A DNA stretch of 43,980 nucleotides from Candidatus Poribacteria bacterium (GCA_024278235.1 JAJRTO010000216.1:1-43980); one strand, 5' to 3'; shown: positions 15,515 to 26,548, counted from the first letter of the stretch. Numbers and translations are program-made. The notes: generated by a model from the sequence alone, not told the origin.

Positions 15515-18500
15515 CTATCTTTTCCACCATCTCAGGAAGCCTTTACTATCCAGATAGGCTTCACAGCGGGTAATGATCCCAGCATCGTTCGAGTGTCCAT
15601 CGAACTGAAGCGTCAGGAAGGGCTTTCCAGCGGCATCTCTGACGTAATGTTTGATATAGGAATCGGGTCCGCACTTGAAATTGGTGATATAGATGATGTG
15701 GAGGTTGTCATGTTGACCCACAATACGGGCTGCCTGGAGAATCTTGCGCCCGTAATTCCAGTACATATTGGGATTGATATCGCGAATATCAATATCTTCA
15801 AGTGGGAGGAAATCCATCGGTATGACATTGGCGCCGTAGTAGTCACGTAGTTTGCCAGGGATATCCAGATTGATACCGCTGTCATAGATATTGTACGGGC
15901 GACCTACCATGACGATACCAAAGGCCCCACCCTCTTCCAGAGCAGTCAATGCCTGATTGCCCGCCTCCTTGATCTTCCTACTGAATTTCTCCTGTGCTTC
16001 ATACCCGGCCTCCACAGCCTGATTGCAGAGACGCGGACTCAATCGGAACTGACGGGCCAGAGGACGGAGTTCGCGCTTGACATACTCCATGCCCTCGCGG
16101 AAATGGATAGTCGGTTTCAACAATTTGTCCCGGTATTCCTCCACCATGGGTGCGTGATTGATGACAAAAGGCAAGGTCTGCCCCCAGGGGCAGAGATGCG
16201 AATTCACCTCCGGAAACTCCGTTTCAGCGTTGATCACGTTTGGCAGGAAGATGTAATCCACACCTTCATCCAATAGAACGCGGACATGCCCATGAGCCAC
16301 CTGGATGGGGAAACAGGGTTCTGAAACGACAGCATCCACACCGTGGTTTGTGATGACCCGGTTCGTTCTTTGCGATAGTCGGAGTTGGAATCCAAGCTGC
16401 TTAAAGAAAGCATTCCAAAATGGGAAGCGTTCGTAGAAATACATGGCGCGTGGAAAGCCGATCACAGGCCCATCACCCGCCTCCTCATCATAGTCAGCCA
16501 GAAAGAGTTCTTCACGGAGCGCTATCAGATCTTCGATGACCACTTCGCGATCAGATTTTGCACGCTGGCGAAACTGATCCGAACACTTATCTCCCCAATA
16601 GGTACGCTCACCTTCCACATTGAATTCCTGGATATCACAGTAATTCGAGCAGGCCCGGCACACGAAGTCCTTGATCGAGTAGTCGATGTCCTCTAAGCTG
16701 GATCCTCGGAATGTCGTTTCGGCATCCGTCGCTTCCATCTTCTCTCTGGCGAGGAGAGCCATCCCGATGGCACCGATGACACCATTGTGAGGAGGCACGA
16801 TGATCTCTTTATCCAGTACGGTTGCAAAGGCAGCGGCCACTGAATCGTTGTAGGCGGTGCCGCCCTGGAAATAGATCGTGTCACCAATCCTGCGAGCACG
16901 GACGACTCGGTTGAGATAGTTATGAACAATCGAGTAAGCCAGTCCTGCGGTGAGATCTGCTTTCGAAGCTCCCTGTTGGAGGTAAGGGGTCAGATCTCGC
17001 TCCATGAATACAGTGCACCGCTCGCCGAGACGTATGGGACCATCTGAACCCAGGGCGAGTTCTGCAAATTCACCTTTGATCTGGATCCCCATACGTTCTG
17101 CTTGCTCCTCCAGGAAAGAACCGGTCCAGGCAGCACATGCCTCGTTCATCGTAAAGTCAACAACGATGTCATCCTGAATACTGATATATTTGGAGTCTTG
17201 TCCACCGATCTCAAAGATGGTGTCCGGTGTTCGACCGATCAATTTGCCACCGACATAGGTCGCACCCGTTTTGTGGGCAGTGATCTCATCGTTGATGGTA
17301 TCTGCACCAACGAGCTTACCGATCAGTTCCCGGCCAGAACCTGTGGCACCCACCCCACGAATACGGATCTTATCGCCAATATCCTCCTGGATCTCCTGGA
17401 GACCCTCATTCACAACCTCAATCGGTCTGGAACGGGTGGGTTCGTAGATTTCCTTGACCAGTTCTCCCTCGCTATCGAGCACAACGAGATTGGTACTCAC
17501 CGAGCCGACATCGATTCCCAGATAGGCATCGACCGGTAGTTGTTTCCCTTCGAAGGTGTAAGGACGAGTACGATCCCGCAATGTCACGACTTTTTCCATC
17601 GATAGCGGTTGGGTGCGCGGAAAGCTCTCCATCATCGCACTAGTATGTGCAGAAAGCGCGTCGAGTGGTTTGGGTGGATGTTTTTGCGGAGCATGATACT
17701 CCAGTAATGCGGCTCCAATCGCTCCCATCCAGGCATAATGGGCGGGCACAAAAAGCTGTTCATCATTCAGCTTGAACAAGGTGTGCATGGCTTCCACAGC
17801 ACCCTTGTTCGCTGCGACACCACCGATGAAGGCTACCCGGGGAACGATCCTTTTGCCTTTTGTGATCGCGCCTTTGAAATTACGCACAACGGCTTCGCAA
17901 AGCCCCTTGAGGATCTCGGGCGGCTGAGCACCTTTCTGCTGAGCATGGATCATATCTGATTTAGCGAAGACTGAGCAGCGACCGGCAATGGTTGCCGCTT
18001 TTCCCGCCTGCATCACGATATCTCCGACATCCTCAATCGCGTATTGAAGACGTGAAGCCTGTTGATCCATGAACGATCCGGTGCCCGCAGCACAGTCCCC
18101 ATTTGTCTCATAATCTGCGATGCCAACAATCCCGTTTTCTGTGTTCAAGCTGATAAACTTGGAGTTGACTCCCCCCATCTCAAAGATGGTACTTACATCT
18201 GGATGCATGCTTCCCACACCATGAGCAACGGCCCTGAAGTCATTCTCAAGGGCCGCTCCGAGCAATTGGCCTATCAGTTTGCTGCCAATCCCGGTAACTC
18301 GTATGCCCGCAGGGGTTGGAATGAAATTGTAGAGTTCTTCAAGCAGGTCGTAGGTGGTCTGGATCGGTTCGCCTTTGATACGCCGATATTCAGATAACAC
18401 AAGCATCTGCCCCAGTGACGAATCCTCCACCATCTTGAAGTTGTAACTCTTATCACACAACTGCTGTAGAGAAGCCTTGTCGCTCCCCTCACCCAGCACT

Positions 18501-18547
18501 GCCAACTTGATACTGACGGAACCGACATCTATACCAACAATGATCAT
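15515..18547 (-). CDS. Fused double BcrAD/BadFG-type ATPase (activase) + DUF2229-like domain protein (BCR/HAD family; PlsA/PlsR/Ger-like)
   Basis: Two actin-fold ATPase starts: IIVGIDVGSVSIKLAV and YLGIDVGSVSTNLVV. Both domains keep the paired cluster cysteines: NGDCAAGTGSF + GRCSVFA, and NEACAAWTGSF + ERCTVFM. C-terminal part: FPRAMYFYERFPFWNAFFKQLGF ... SEPCFPIQVAHGH. Confidence 0.8.
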   Translation of the reverse strand: MIIVGIDVGSVSIKLAVLGEGSDKASLQQLCDKSYNFKMVEDSSLGQMLVLSEYRRIKGEPIQTTYDLLEELYNFIPTPAGIRVTGIGSKLIGQLLGAALENDFRAVAHGVGSMHPDVSTIFEMGGVNSKFISLNTENGIVGIADYETNGDCAAGTGSFMDQQASRLQYAIEDVGDIVMQAGKAATIAGRCSVFAKSDMIHAQQKGAQPPEILKGLCEAVVRNFKGAITKGKRIVPRVAFIGGVAANKGAVEAMHTLFKLNDEQLFVPAHYAWMGAIGAALLEYHAPQKHPPKPLDALSAHTSAMMESFPRTQPLSMEKVVTLRDRTRPYTFEGKQLPVDAYLGIDVGSVSTNLVVLDSEGELVKEIYEPTRSRPIEVVNEGLQEIQEDIGDKIRIRGVGATGSGRELIGKLVGADTINDEITAHKTGATYVGGKLIGRTPDTIFEIGGQDSKYISIQDDIVVDFTMNEACAAWTGSFLEEQAERMGIQIKGEFAELALGSDGPIRLGERCTVFMERDLTPYLQQGASKADLTAGLAYSIVHNYLNRVVRARRIGDTIYFQGGTAYNDSVAAAFATVLDKEIIVPPHNGVIGAIGMALLAREKMEATDAETTFRGSSLEDIDYSIKDFVCRACSNYCDIQEFNVEGERTYWGDKCSDQFRQRAKSDREVVIEDLIALREELFLADYDEEAGDGPVIGFPRAMYFYERFPFWNAFFKQLGFQLRLSQRTNRVITNHGVDAVVSEPCFPIQVAHGHVRVLLDEGVDYIFLPNVINAETEFPEVNSHLCPWGQTLPFVINHAPMVEEYRDKLLKPTIHFREGMEYVKRELRPLARQFRLSPRLCNQAVEAGYEAQEKFSRKIKEAGNQALTALEEGGAFGIVMVGRPYNIYDSGINLDIPGKLRDYYGANVIPMDFLPLEDIDIRDINPNMYWNYGRKILQAARIVGQHDNLHIIYITNFKCGPDSYIKHYVRDAAGKPFLTLQFDGHSNDAGIITRCEAYLDSKGFLRWWKR

Positions 18548-18647
18548 ATCTTACCCTTTCTTAAAGCCGTAAAGCACCCGACTCGACATCTTCAGCGATG
18601 TGAATATAGCCGACACCACCTTGATTCTCCAATCCCTAATCCTCAAT

Positions 18648-20345
18648 CTATAATATCAGCAGGCGGGTCAAAGAACGCTGACCAAAACGGTACGCGCCCG
18701 CAAGAATACATGTAAGAAAAGCAACAATGAAACCCAACGTCAGAAGTTTGACGGTTGAGACTGACAGAGAATTCAACCACGGAATGGTAGGTTCTTTCTC
18801 CCAAACAACGGCGATAAGAGCGAATGGACCTCCCAGGAGAACAATGTTGAGCAGGAGAGTCGCCAGGATGACTGTCACGCGGGCAACTGGATTTCGCTGC
18901 CTGACGCCCTGAATCTCTGCAAACCAGGGAAGAGTTCCCACCGCCAGGTTCACCGTTACCATTGTTGCTACGACCAAGCTAACGCCAGCCAATACTATCA
19001 ACCAATACAAGATCGGAATCCGAAGCAAAAGCATACCCAGGCTGACACACAGACAAGCGTAAGAACATGTTACCGCTGCAGCGAAGATCAGCTTGGTAAC
19101 AAAGAGTGTCTTTGCATCGATTGGGAGCGACTGCATCAACCACCATGTATCAGCCTCAGTTCGGAAGGCATGAATTGTGAGTGGTACTGCAATGATCAGG
19201 CTATAGATGATCATTTGAAAGAGTAGCGGAGGAAATCGATCTGAGAATATTTCCTTGCCCTGATCCGTCGCTGGTTGAGATGCAACGAGAAATATCGTCA
19301 TGATGGCGATGCCCGTAAGAAGTCCACTCATCAGAATGTACTGTGGATTATACCTCAAAGCGCAGGCATCTTTCAACATGATCGTTGTTCGTTTGCCACG
19401 CCAACGATCGCTCCACTTCATAACAGTCTTTGAACGCCTGGATGGGTTTTCCCGAATGGGATGATTTTTCGATTGGATCGTATGGGATAATTCCCAGCCG
19501 GCATGGTAGATCTTTGATGCCAGAAAAAGGGTCAGGAGAGGGAGTAACGTGCTGGTTGCTATCAGATAACCTGTTGCAGGCCAAAAGTCGGATTGGATCG
19601 CCGGCATAAAGCTGACCAGTATCTTCGCCACCCAGAAATCAGGGCGAGACTGTGGGATGGCATTCGTTGCTTGCATGACGGTCTGAAAAAAGGCTTCTTT
19701 TTGTGCGTTCCGGGCGACAAAAAACAGAGCGACTGCCAAACCAACCAGGAATCCACACGTCATCCCGACGGTTTTGAGGATACGAAGCACGCGGGGAGAT
19801 ATAAAGAAACGCATAATGAGCAGCAAGGTTATTCCAACGGAAGTCACTATGTTGATCAAAAGCAGCAGGAGAACAGGTAGCAAGACAACGTAGAAGCCCC
19901 ATGCTGCGTGCAGAAGATACGCCATCACCAACCACGGAGGAAGCAACCATACGCACAGTCCGGGGATGTTAGAGAGCATCACTTGTGTGAGTTTGTATGC
20001 AAATATGCTGGCTGGGGACAGAGGGGATGTCATCAATAGAGGAATATCGGGATCCTGATAAGCACGCCGCATCATGAGATCCATCGCCTCGCGTATGATC
20101 ATCAGCATCCCAAGGAGTGTGAAAAAAGCCAACGCTTGAAATACGATTCCTTGAAAACTCGCGCCCAATCTCTGGGATGCTACGTCAAAAACAAAACGTG
20201 CTGCGAGACCGATGATGAATACCAGTGTTCCCAATCCAATAAGCTGCCCGATCCAACGTCGACGGGATTGCCGATCATATCGAATCGCATTCAGGAAGGA
20301 ACACCAACCTACCCGCGCCAGTAAGCGTGTCCTATGATAAGACAT
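18648..20345 (-). CDS. Polytopic integral membrane protein (about 10 or more TM helices), function unknown
   Basis: Hydrophobic helices throughout. ATG at 20345 (MSYHRTRLL...) is preferred; the track ORF extends to TTG 20411. Confidence 0.75.
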   Translation of the reverse strand: MSYHRTRLLARVGWCSFLNAIRYDRQSRRRWIGQLIGLGTLVFIIGLAARFVFDVASQRLGASFQGIVFQALAFFTLLGMLMIIREAMDLMMRRAYQDPDIPLLMTSPLSPASIFAYKLTQVMLSNIPGLCVWLLPPWLVMAYLLHAAWGFYVVLLPVLLLLLINIVTSVGITLLLIMRFFISPRVLRILKTVGMTCGFLVGLAVALFFVARNAQKEAFFQTVMQATNAIPQSRPDFWVAKILVSFMPAIQSDFWPATGYLIATSTLLPLLTLFLASKIYHAGWELSHTIQSKNHPIRENPSRRSKTVMKWSDRWRGKRTTIMLKDACALRYNPQYILMSGLLTGIAIMTIFLVASQPATDQGKEIFSDRFPPLLFQMIIYSLIIAVPLTIHAFRTEADTWWLMQSLPIDAKTLFVTKLIFAAAVTCSYACLCVSLGMLLLRIPILYWLIVLAGVSLVVATMVTVNLAVGTLPWFAEIQGVRQRNPVARVTVILATLLLNIVLLGGPFALIAVVWEKEPTIPWLNSLSVSTVKLLTLGFIVAFLTCILAGAYRFGQRSLTRLLIL

Positions 20346-20526
20346 CTTCCCCACCGTTTCCAGATGTTGCCCCGGGAGCAAAGATGTATAGATGTGCTTG
20401 AGGATGAGCAAAGGCTCGTGAAGTCATCAACCGGTCCTATTCGGACGGTAATGAACTCCTAATCTAAAACGAGTAGTACCGAGGTACGATAAAAGGATGG
20501 AGAACTGATGGTGATGATTGGGGATT

Positions 20527-20555
20527 AGTATAGCTGAAAAACCGAGGCTTGTCAA
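20527..20555 (-). promoter_or_regulatory. Consensus sigma70-type promoter TTGACA-17-TATACT facing the membrane-protein/BCR-HAD array
   Basis: Minus-strand reading gggaTTGACAagcctcggtttttcagcTATACTaatc. About 175 nt upstream of the ATG at 20345. Confidence 0.55.
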
Positions 20556-20656
20556 TCCCTCATTCTCGCAACCAGCAGTCTCGTCAACAGGGGCCATCGT
20601 GCCCTCTCTTCCCACGCAGATTCGATGTTTTTTTCACAACGGATTTCATCATCCAC

Positions 20657-20686
20657 TTGACTTCCATCGGCCCATTCTCTTATAAT
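20657..20686 (+). promoter_or_regulatory. Consensus promoter TTGACT-18-TATAAT for the peroxiredoxin gene
   Basis: Read directly. Followed by an AT-rich leader and a GGAGG SD (20732..20736) 6 nt before the ATG at 20743. Confidence 0.55.
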
Positions 20687-20742
20687 TAGACAAATTTTTA
20701 ACAGTAATAAATATCATTGCTGCTTTGACATGGAGGTAAGAG

Positions 20743-21327
20743 ATGTCTCTAGTTACTAAAGAAGCACCTGATTTCACAGCGAACGCTGTCCTACCGGACA
20801 ATAGTATTGCAGAGTTGACACTGTCCTCGTATAAGGGCAAATATGTGGTGTTGTTCTTTTACCCTCTCGACTTCACCTTTGTCTGTCCAACTGAAATCAT
20901 TGCATTTGACAAGAAGCTCGATGAATTCAAGAAAAAGAACTGCGAAGTGATCGGTGTTTCGGTGGATTCCGAGTATAGCCATTGGGCCTGGAAGAACACA
21001 CCGCCTGAGAAAGGCGGGATCGGGAATATCCAGTATCCACTGGTGGCCGATATCAAGAAGAGTATCTCCAGAGATTATGGGGTGTTATTCGACGATGCAA
21101 TCGCGTTACGCGGGCTTTTCCTTATTGACAAGGAAGGGGTCGTCCGTCATGCGGTGATCAACGATCTCCCCCTGGGGCGAAACATCGACGAAGCGCTTCG
21201 TATGGTCGATGCCCTCCAATATGTCGAGGAATATGGGGAAGTTTGCCCTGCAAATTGGCAGGAAGGCGAAGACGCAATGGCTCCTACAGCAGATGGTGTT
21301 GCCGAATACCTCGCGGAGCATGCATAG
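20743..21327 (+). CDS. Typical 2-Cys peroxiredoxin (AhpC/Prx1 type)
   Basis: Peroxidatic motif [14 protein letters not shown] and resolving motif GEVCPANW; 194 aa. Confidence 0.92.
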   Translation: MSLVTKEAPDFTANAVLPDNSIAELTLSSYKGKYVVLFFYPLDFTFVCPTEIIAFDKKLDEFKKKNCEVIGVSVDSEYSHWAWKNTPPEKGGIGNIQYPLVADIKKSISRDYGVLFDDAIALRGLFLIDKEGVVRHAVINDLPLGRNIDEALRMVDALQYVEEYGEVCPANWQEGEDAMAPTADGVAEYLAEHA

Positions 21328-21338
21328 AACGGAAAGAG

Positions 21339-21369
21339 GAAAGCCAGATGGACGGCTCCTCTGGCTTTC
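21339..21369. terminator. Hairpin between convergent genes: GAAAGCCAGA-(11 nt)-TCTGGCTTTC
   Basis: 10-bp perfect stem, read directly. Weak U-tract, present only on the minus-strand side (CUCUUUCCGUUCU). Confidence 0.4.
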
Positions 21370-21378
21370 ACTCGAAAA

Positions 21379-22110
21379 TCACTTACCCTGTATTAGCAAT
21401 AAGACGCCCAGACCGATCAGGATCAGGAAAGCAATCCGACGAATCTGTTCTTTGCTGCATCGATGGGACATACGGATGCCCGCCGTTGCCCCCAACAGTT
21501 GCACAGGCAGAGCTGCAGCCGCCTCAAATAGAATCTGCTGGGTCATCAGGCGAGTCGCAAATAAGAGGAGAACCTTGTAAAGACTCATCACAACGAAGAA
21601 TGTCAGCAAAGAGGCTTTGATGCTGTCTTTGTCCCACGGTTGATAATAACTGTAGATAACGAGCGGCGGTCCTGCTGTATTCAGAGCACCGCCCAGAATG
21701 CCGCTGCTTACACCCATCGGGTAACCCCAGAACGTTGGCCAGGGCTTCCGTGATTTTGGCGGGTTGATCAACGAGTAGGAGCAGAAAAGAACAAGGACGA
21801 TGCCAAGTCCCAGGGCGAGCCAACGTGATTCAAGGGAGGCCAATCCCCACACACCTAAAGGAAGTCCGAAGGCACCTCCTACGAAAAAAGCCCTGATCTT
21901 GCCCAGATCGATGGAACGGCGAACATTCCAGAGCACGATACTCGCATTCATCAATCCGAGCAGAGATCCTACGATGCTGGCATGTGTGGTACTGGTGATC
22001 AGGGATGAGCACCCCATAAACAACAGGCTGAAGCCAAAGCCGGCAAATCCCTGTAATGAGGCAGCGGCAAAAACGATCCCTATGATGGCAATGAGAGGAA
22101 AGAGCATCAA
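21379..22110 (-). CDS. TauE/SafE-family sulfite/anion exporter-like membrane protein
   Basis: About 8 TM helices, N-terminal LQGFAGFGFSLL motif. The start overlaps the upstream stop (ATGA). Confidence 0.75.
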   Translation of the reverse strand: MMLFPLIAIIGIVFAAASLQGFAGFGFSLLFMGCSSLITSTTHASIVGSLLGLMNASIVLWNVRRSIDLGKIRAFFVGGAFGLPLGVWGLASLESRWLALGLGIVLVLFCSYSLINPPKSRKPWPTFWGYPMGVSSGILGGALNTAGPPLVIYSYYQPWDKDSIKASLLTFFVVMSLYKVLLLFATRLMTQQILFEAAAALPVQLLGATAGIRMSHRCSKEQIRRIAFLILIGLGVLLLIQGK

Positions 22111-23138
22111 GACTCTGCGCGTAGGAAGAGGGGATTGGAATAGATCCAGGGCATCTCTTGCAGAAAGGCTTCTATCCGATAGACACCCGGAAGCTGTGCT
22201 TGGTAGTCGAGAAATTTACCTCGGATGGAAGCACACACGGTTCCGTTGTGTCGCAGGTAAATCTCCGCAGATTGAGGTAGGCGTATCTGAAGTTCCACCG
22301 GATGTGAGAGTACCCGCTCATCTCCCATCTGCCATTCGCCATCCTCGGTGTGGAAACGAAAACCGGTGGTGTCCCCAATAGCATCGTATCCAATGAAGCA
22401 GTGCCCCTGTCTAATCGCTGTGTAAATCTGCCATTGGGCCTCCTTGACATCCGATGACAGGGGTTCTGATATCAATATGTGAGTGCGGATCGTGCGGAAG
22501 AGATATTGATAGGGCAAAAACTTGATGAACCGGAAGATGGGCAAACGCTTACCATGAGCATCGATGGAACCGATTCCGATGACACGGCGTCTCTGGGAGA
22601 CTTCGTCCCATTTTTTCAGTGCTTCTGGATGGGGGCCACGGATCGCACGTTCTGGATAAAGATAGTAGTAGAAAAGCGTCCAGGGCGTGACCCTATCGGT
22701 CCAATCGATCATATAGGACCAGATTTCGATGCCATCGTAGCGGTCTATGTCCCACGTATGCCATGAACGCGGCAGTACGCGTAGATACGGCGATTTCCCT
22801 CCGAAAGGATGGGCAATGATACCCAAAGCTTTTCGATCCGCAACGTCATCAACAATATCGTGCGGATCGGCATAGTCATGTCCATCAAGATCCTCATCGA
22901 TTCCGAAGGCCAGATAGTGATGGGTTCTTGGTGAGATTTCATTTCCCACCAGCAACAACATGTTCCCATGCCATCCCTCATAACCGTCACGCTTGGCGGC
23001 AACGGTGTTGTGATCGCTGAGCATCACAAAATCCAGTGCCGCATCCTGTGCCCTGGTGATGATTTCCTTTACAGAAGCGCTCCCATCAGAATAGCGGGAA
23101 TGGAGGTGTATTGCGCCTTTGTATTCGTATCGCATCAT
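22107..23138 (-). CDS. PHP-domain (CehA/McbA-like) metal-dependent phosphoesterase
   Basis: HLHSRYSDGSASVKEIITRAQDAALDFVMLSDHN at the N-terminus. The ATG abuts the upstream TGA. Confidence 0.75.
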   Translation of the reverse strand: MMRYEYKGAIHLHSRYSDGSASVKEIITRAQDAALDFVMLSDHNTVAAKRDGYEGWHGNMLLLVGNEISPRTHHYLAFGIDEDLDGHDYADPHDIVDDVADRKALGIIAHPFGGKSPYLRVLPRSWHTWDIDRYDGIEIWSYMIDWTDRVTPWTLFYYYLYPERAIRGPHPEALKKWDEVSQRRRVIGIGSIDAHGKRLPIFRFIKFLPYQYLFRTIRTHILISEPLSSDVKEAQWQIYTAIRQGHCFIGYDAIGDTTGFRFHTEDGEWQMGDERVLSHPVELQIRLPQSAEIYLRHNGTVCASIRGKFLDYQAQLPGVYRIEAFLQEMPWIYSNPLFLRAES

Positions 23139-24044
23139 TCAGATCCGCATACTCTCCGCAAGTTTCTCGAAACGCTCTTCAATTTCAGGATATGTCAGAT
23201 GACGCTGACGATTCAAACTAAAATCCTGCACGTTGAAAGATGCCAGCACGGTACCATACAGGATCGCTTTGCGGAAACTTTGCTCTGACAGATCCTGAGC
23301 GGATACGATGTATCCCATGAATCCACCGGCGAATGTATCACCCGCCCCGGTCGGATCCACGATCTGTTCCAGAGGATAAGCAGGAGCCGCAAAAAAGCTG
23401 TCTTGAGTCAGCGTAAAGGCTCCATGTTCGCCTTTCTTGACAACGACCCGAGATGGGCCGAGTGCAAGTATAGCATGAGCTGCCCGGATGAGATTAGACT
23501 CCCCGGTAAGTTGACGCGCTTCGCCATCGTTCAGTATCAGAACATCTATCTCCCGAATGGTCTGCAACAACTCCTGACGCGTCGTCTCGATCCATAGATT
23601 CATGGTATCACACACCTTCAGTCGGGGCGCGTGCATCTGTCGGAGCACCTGGAGTTGAAGCGTTGGATGGATATTCGCCAGGAAGAGATAATCACTGTCA
23701 CGGTAGGTTTCGGGAAGTTTGGGCTGGAAATCACCAAATACGTTGAGTTCCGTGGCAAGGGTTTGAGCAACGTTCAAATCCTGTAGATAGTGGCCTTTCC
23801 AATGAAAGGTCTTGCCACCGGCCACCCGTTCCAGACCAGTGAGGTCAACCCCTCGGTCTCGAAGAAAATCCACATGCACCTGATCGAAATCATCGCCAAC
23901 GACCCCTACCAGGCGCACAACCGTTTGAAAGAAGCTCGCCGCAGTGGCAAAATAGACGGCAGAGCCACCGAGTGCCGCTTCAACACTCCCCGCCGGAGTT
24001 TCGACAGAATCGAGTGCAACCGATCCAACAACGACAATACTCAC
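23139..24044 (-). CDS. PfkB-family kinase (adenosine kinase plausible from context only)
   Basis: VVVGSVALD ... GGSAVY N-terminal motif and DPTGAGDTFAGGF C-terminal motif. GTG start at 24044 overlaps the upstream stop (GTGA); the track ORF extends to 24107. Confidence 0.75.
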   Translation of the reverse strand: MSIVVVGSVALDSVETPAGSVEAALGGSAVYFATAASFFQTVVRLVGVVGDDFDQVHVDFLRDRGVDLTGLERVAGGKTFHWKGHYLQDLNVAQTLATELNVFGDFQPKLPETYRDSDYLFLANIHPTLQLQVLRQMHAPRLKVCDTMNLWIETTRQELLQTIREIDVLILNDGEARQLTGESNLIRAAHAILALGPSRVVVKKGEHGAFTLTQDSFFAAPAYPLEQIVDPTGAGDTFAGGFMGYIVSAQDLSEQSFRKAILYGTVLASFNVQDFSLNRQRHLTYPEIEERFEKLAESMRI

Positions 24045-24922
24045 GAGTTGTACCCCTTGACGATTTCTGCAATGAGTCGGATATGCTCTGGCGTCGTCCC
24101 GCAACATCCGCCGATGAAACGGGCTCCGGCTTGAAGAACGGCAAGCACACCCTCTGCCATCTGCTCTGGTGTTTGACTGAATACGGTCTCACCCTCTACG
24201 ATCTGCGGAATGCCGGCGTTCGCTTCCAGCAACACATAGGGTGCTCCAGCATCAGCGAATTGCTCGACTAATGTCACCATCTGTTCCATCAGGATACTAC
24301 CACAGTTGGCCCCGATCACATCGGCACCAGCTTCTAGCAACCCTTCGGTTGCTTCCTTTGGCCCGACCCCCATCATGGTTCGGAATCCTTTGGGATCCGG
24401 GTTGTAAGACATGGAACCGATCACCGGAAGTCCCGTTTCCTTAGCCGCTCTGACAGCAACCATGGCCTCATTGAGGTCCATCATTGTCTCGATGATGATT
24501 CCATCAGCACCCGCTTCCAGGAATCCCTGACATTGGTCAGCAAATGCCTGAAAGAACTCGGCTTCTGACACCAGTCCGAGGGGTTGCATGAATTCGCCGG
24601 TAGGACCGATATCTCCCAACACAAACTGTCCCGATGTCGTTGTATCGAGGGAGATCGTGGCAAGCTGTCGAGCGATCTCTGAAGCGGGAGTATCGACCCC
24701 ATATTTCTTCAGTTTGAAGTAATTTCCACCAAATGTGTTGGTAAGGATCGCATCGGCACCAGCATTCAGGTATTCTCGATGGATCTCACTTATAATCTCC
24801 GGGTGTTCCATGCCCCAGAGTTCCGGGCAGACATCCGAAGGCATCCCTCTCTGTTGGAGCATGGTTCCCATCGCTCCGTCACATACGAGAGGCCCTCGCT
24901 GCAGAGCTTCTAGCAAATTCAT
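24041..24922 (-). CDS. Stand-alone homocysteine S-methyltransferase domain protein
   Basis: LVCDGAMGTMLQQRG, TNTFG, and C-terminal Zn-site GGCCGTTPEHI. No pterin-binding or B12 domains follow. Confidence 0.85.
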   Translation of the reverse strand: MNLLEALQRGPLVCDGAMGTMLQQRGMPSDVCPELWGMEHPEIISEIHREYLNAGADAILTNTFGGNYFKLKKYGVDTPASEIARQLATISLDTTTSGQFVLGDIGPTGEFMQPLGLVSEAEFFQAFADQCQGFLEAGADGIIIETMMDLNEAMVAVRAAKETGLPVIGSMSYNPDPKGFRTMMGVGPKEATEGLLEAGADVIGANCGSILMEQMVTLVEQFADAGAPYVLLEANAGIPQIVEGETVFSQTPEQMAEGVLAVLQAGARFIGGCCGTTPEHIRLIAEIVKGYNS

Positions 24923-25080
24923 CCTTCTATTCCCATTCGCAAATGCTGGTTTTTCGCTGCATGAGTTTCATTGGAGTTAGCCTGTAAGGGCACATCGGGA
25001 GTATCCACCCGTTTGTTCACAACTCAACATCACAGCCAGGAGACTTTGACGACACCCATCGGTTTCAGCTTGGTCGATCA

Positions 25081-25287
25081 CTAGCGTCGTTTGGAAGTTC
25101 GGATCGCTTCACGAAGTCGCTGGATACGGCGCACCATGATGACCACGAGCACCACTGCAACAAGTAGCAGCACAAACCAATACTGGATGGGTACAGGCAG
25201 TCCCCGATTATGCCAGTGCAGGATAGGCCACAAACTGAGGATTCCGAGGAGAACGGCGATGTTCTCCCACCGCTCCTGTTTCTTCAT
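25081..25287 (-). CDS. Small two-TM membrane protein (68 aa), unknown function
   Basis: Two hydrophobic helices and a basic tail. The ATG lies 1 nt after the ahcY stop. Confidence 0.55.
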   Translation of the reverse strand: MKKQERWENIAVLLGILSLWPILHWHNRGLPVPIQYWFVLLLVAVVLVVIMVRRIQRLREAIRTSKRR

Positions 25288-25288
25288 C

Positions 25289-26548
<1,260 letters not shown>

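Noticed and set aside
24923-25080. Riboswitch (SAH, cobalamin or SAM) in the 158-nt spacer before the homocysteine methyltransferase gene
   Set aside because: No recognisable conserved box (for example GCCACUG for B12) and no extended pairing seen by eye.
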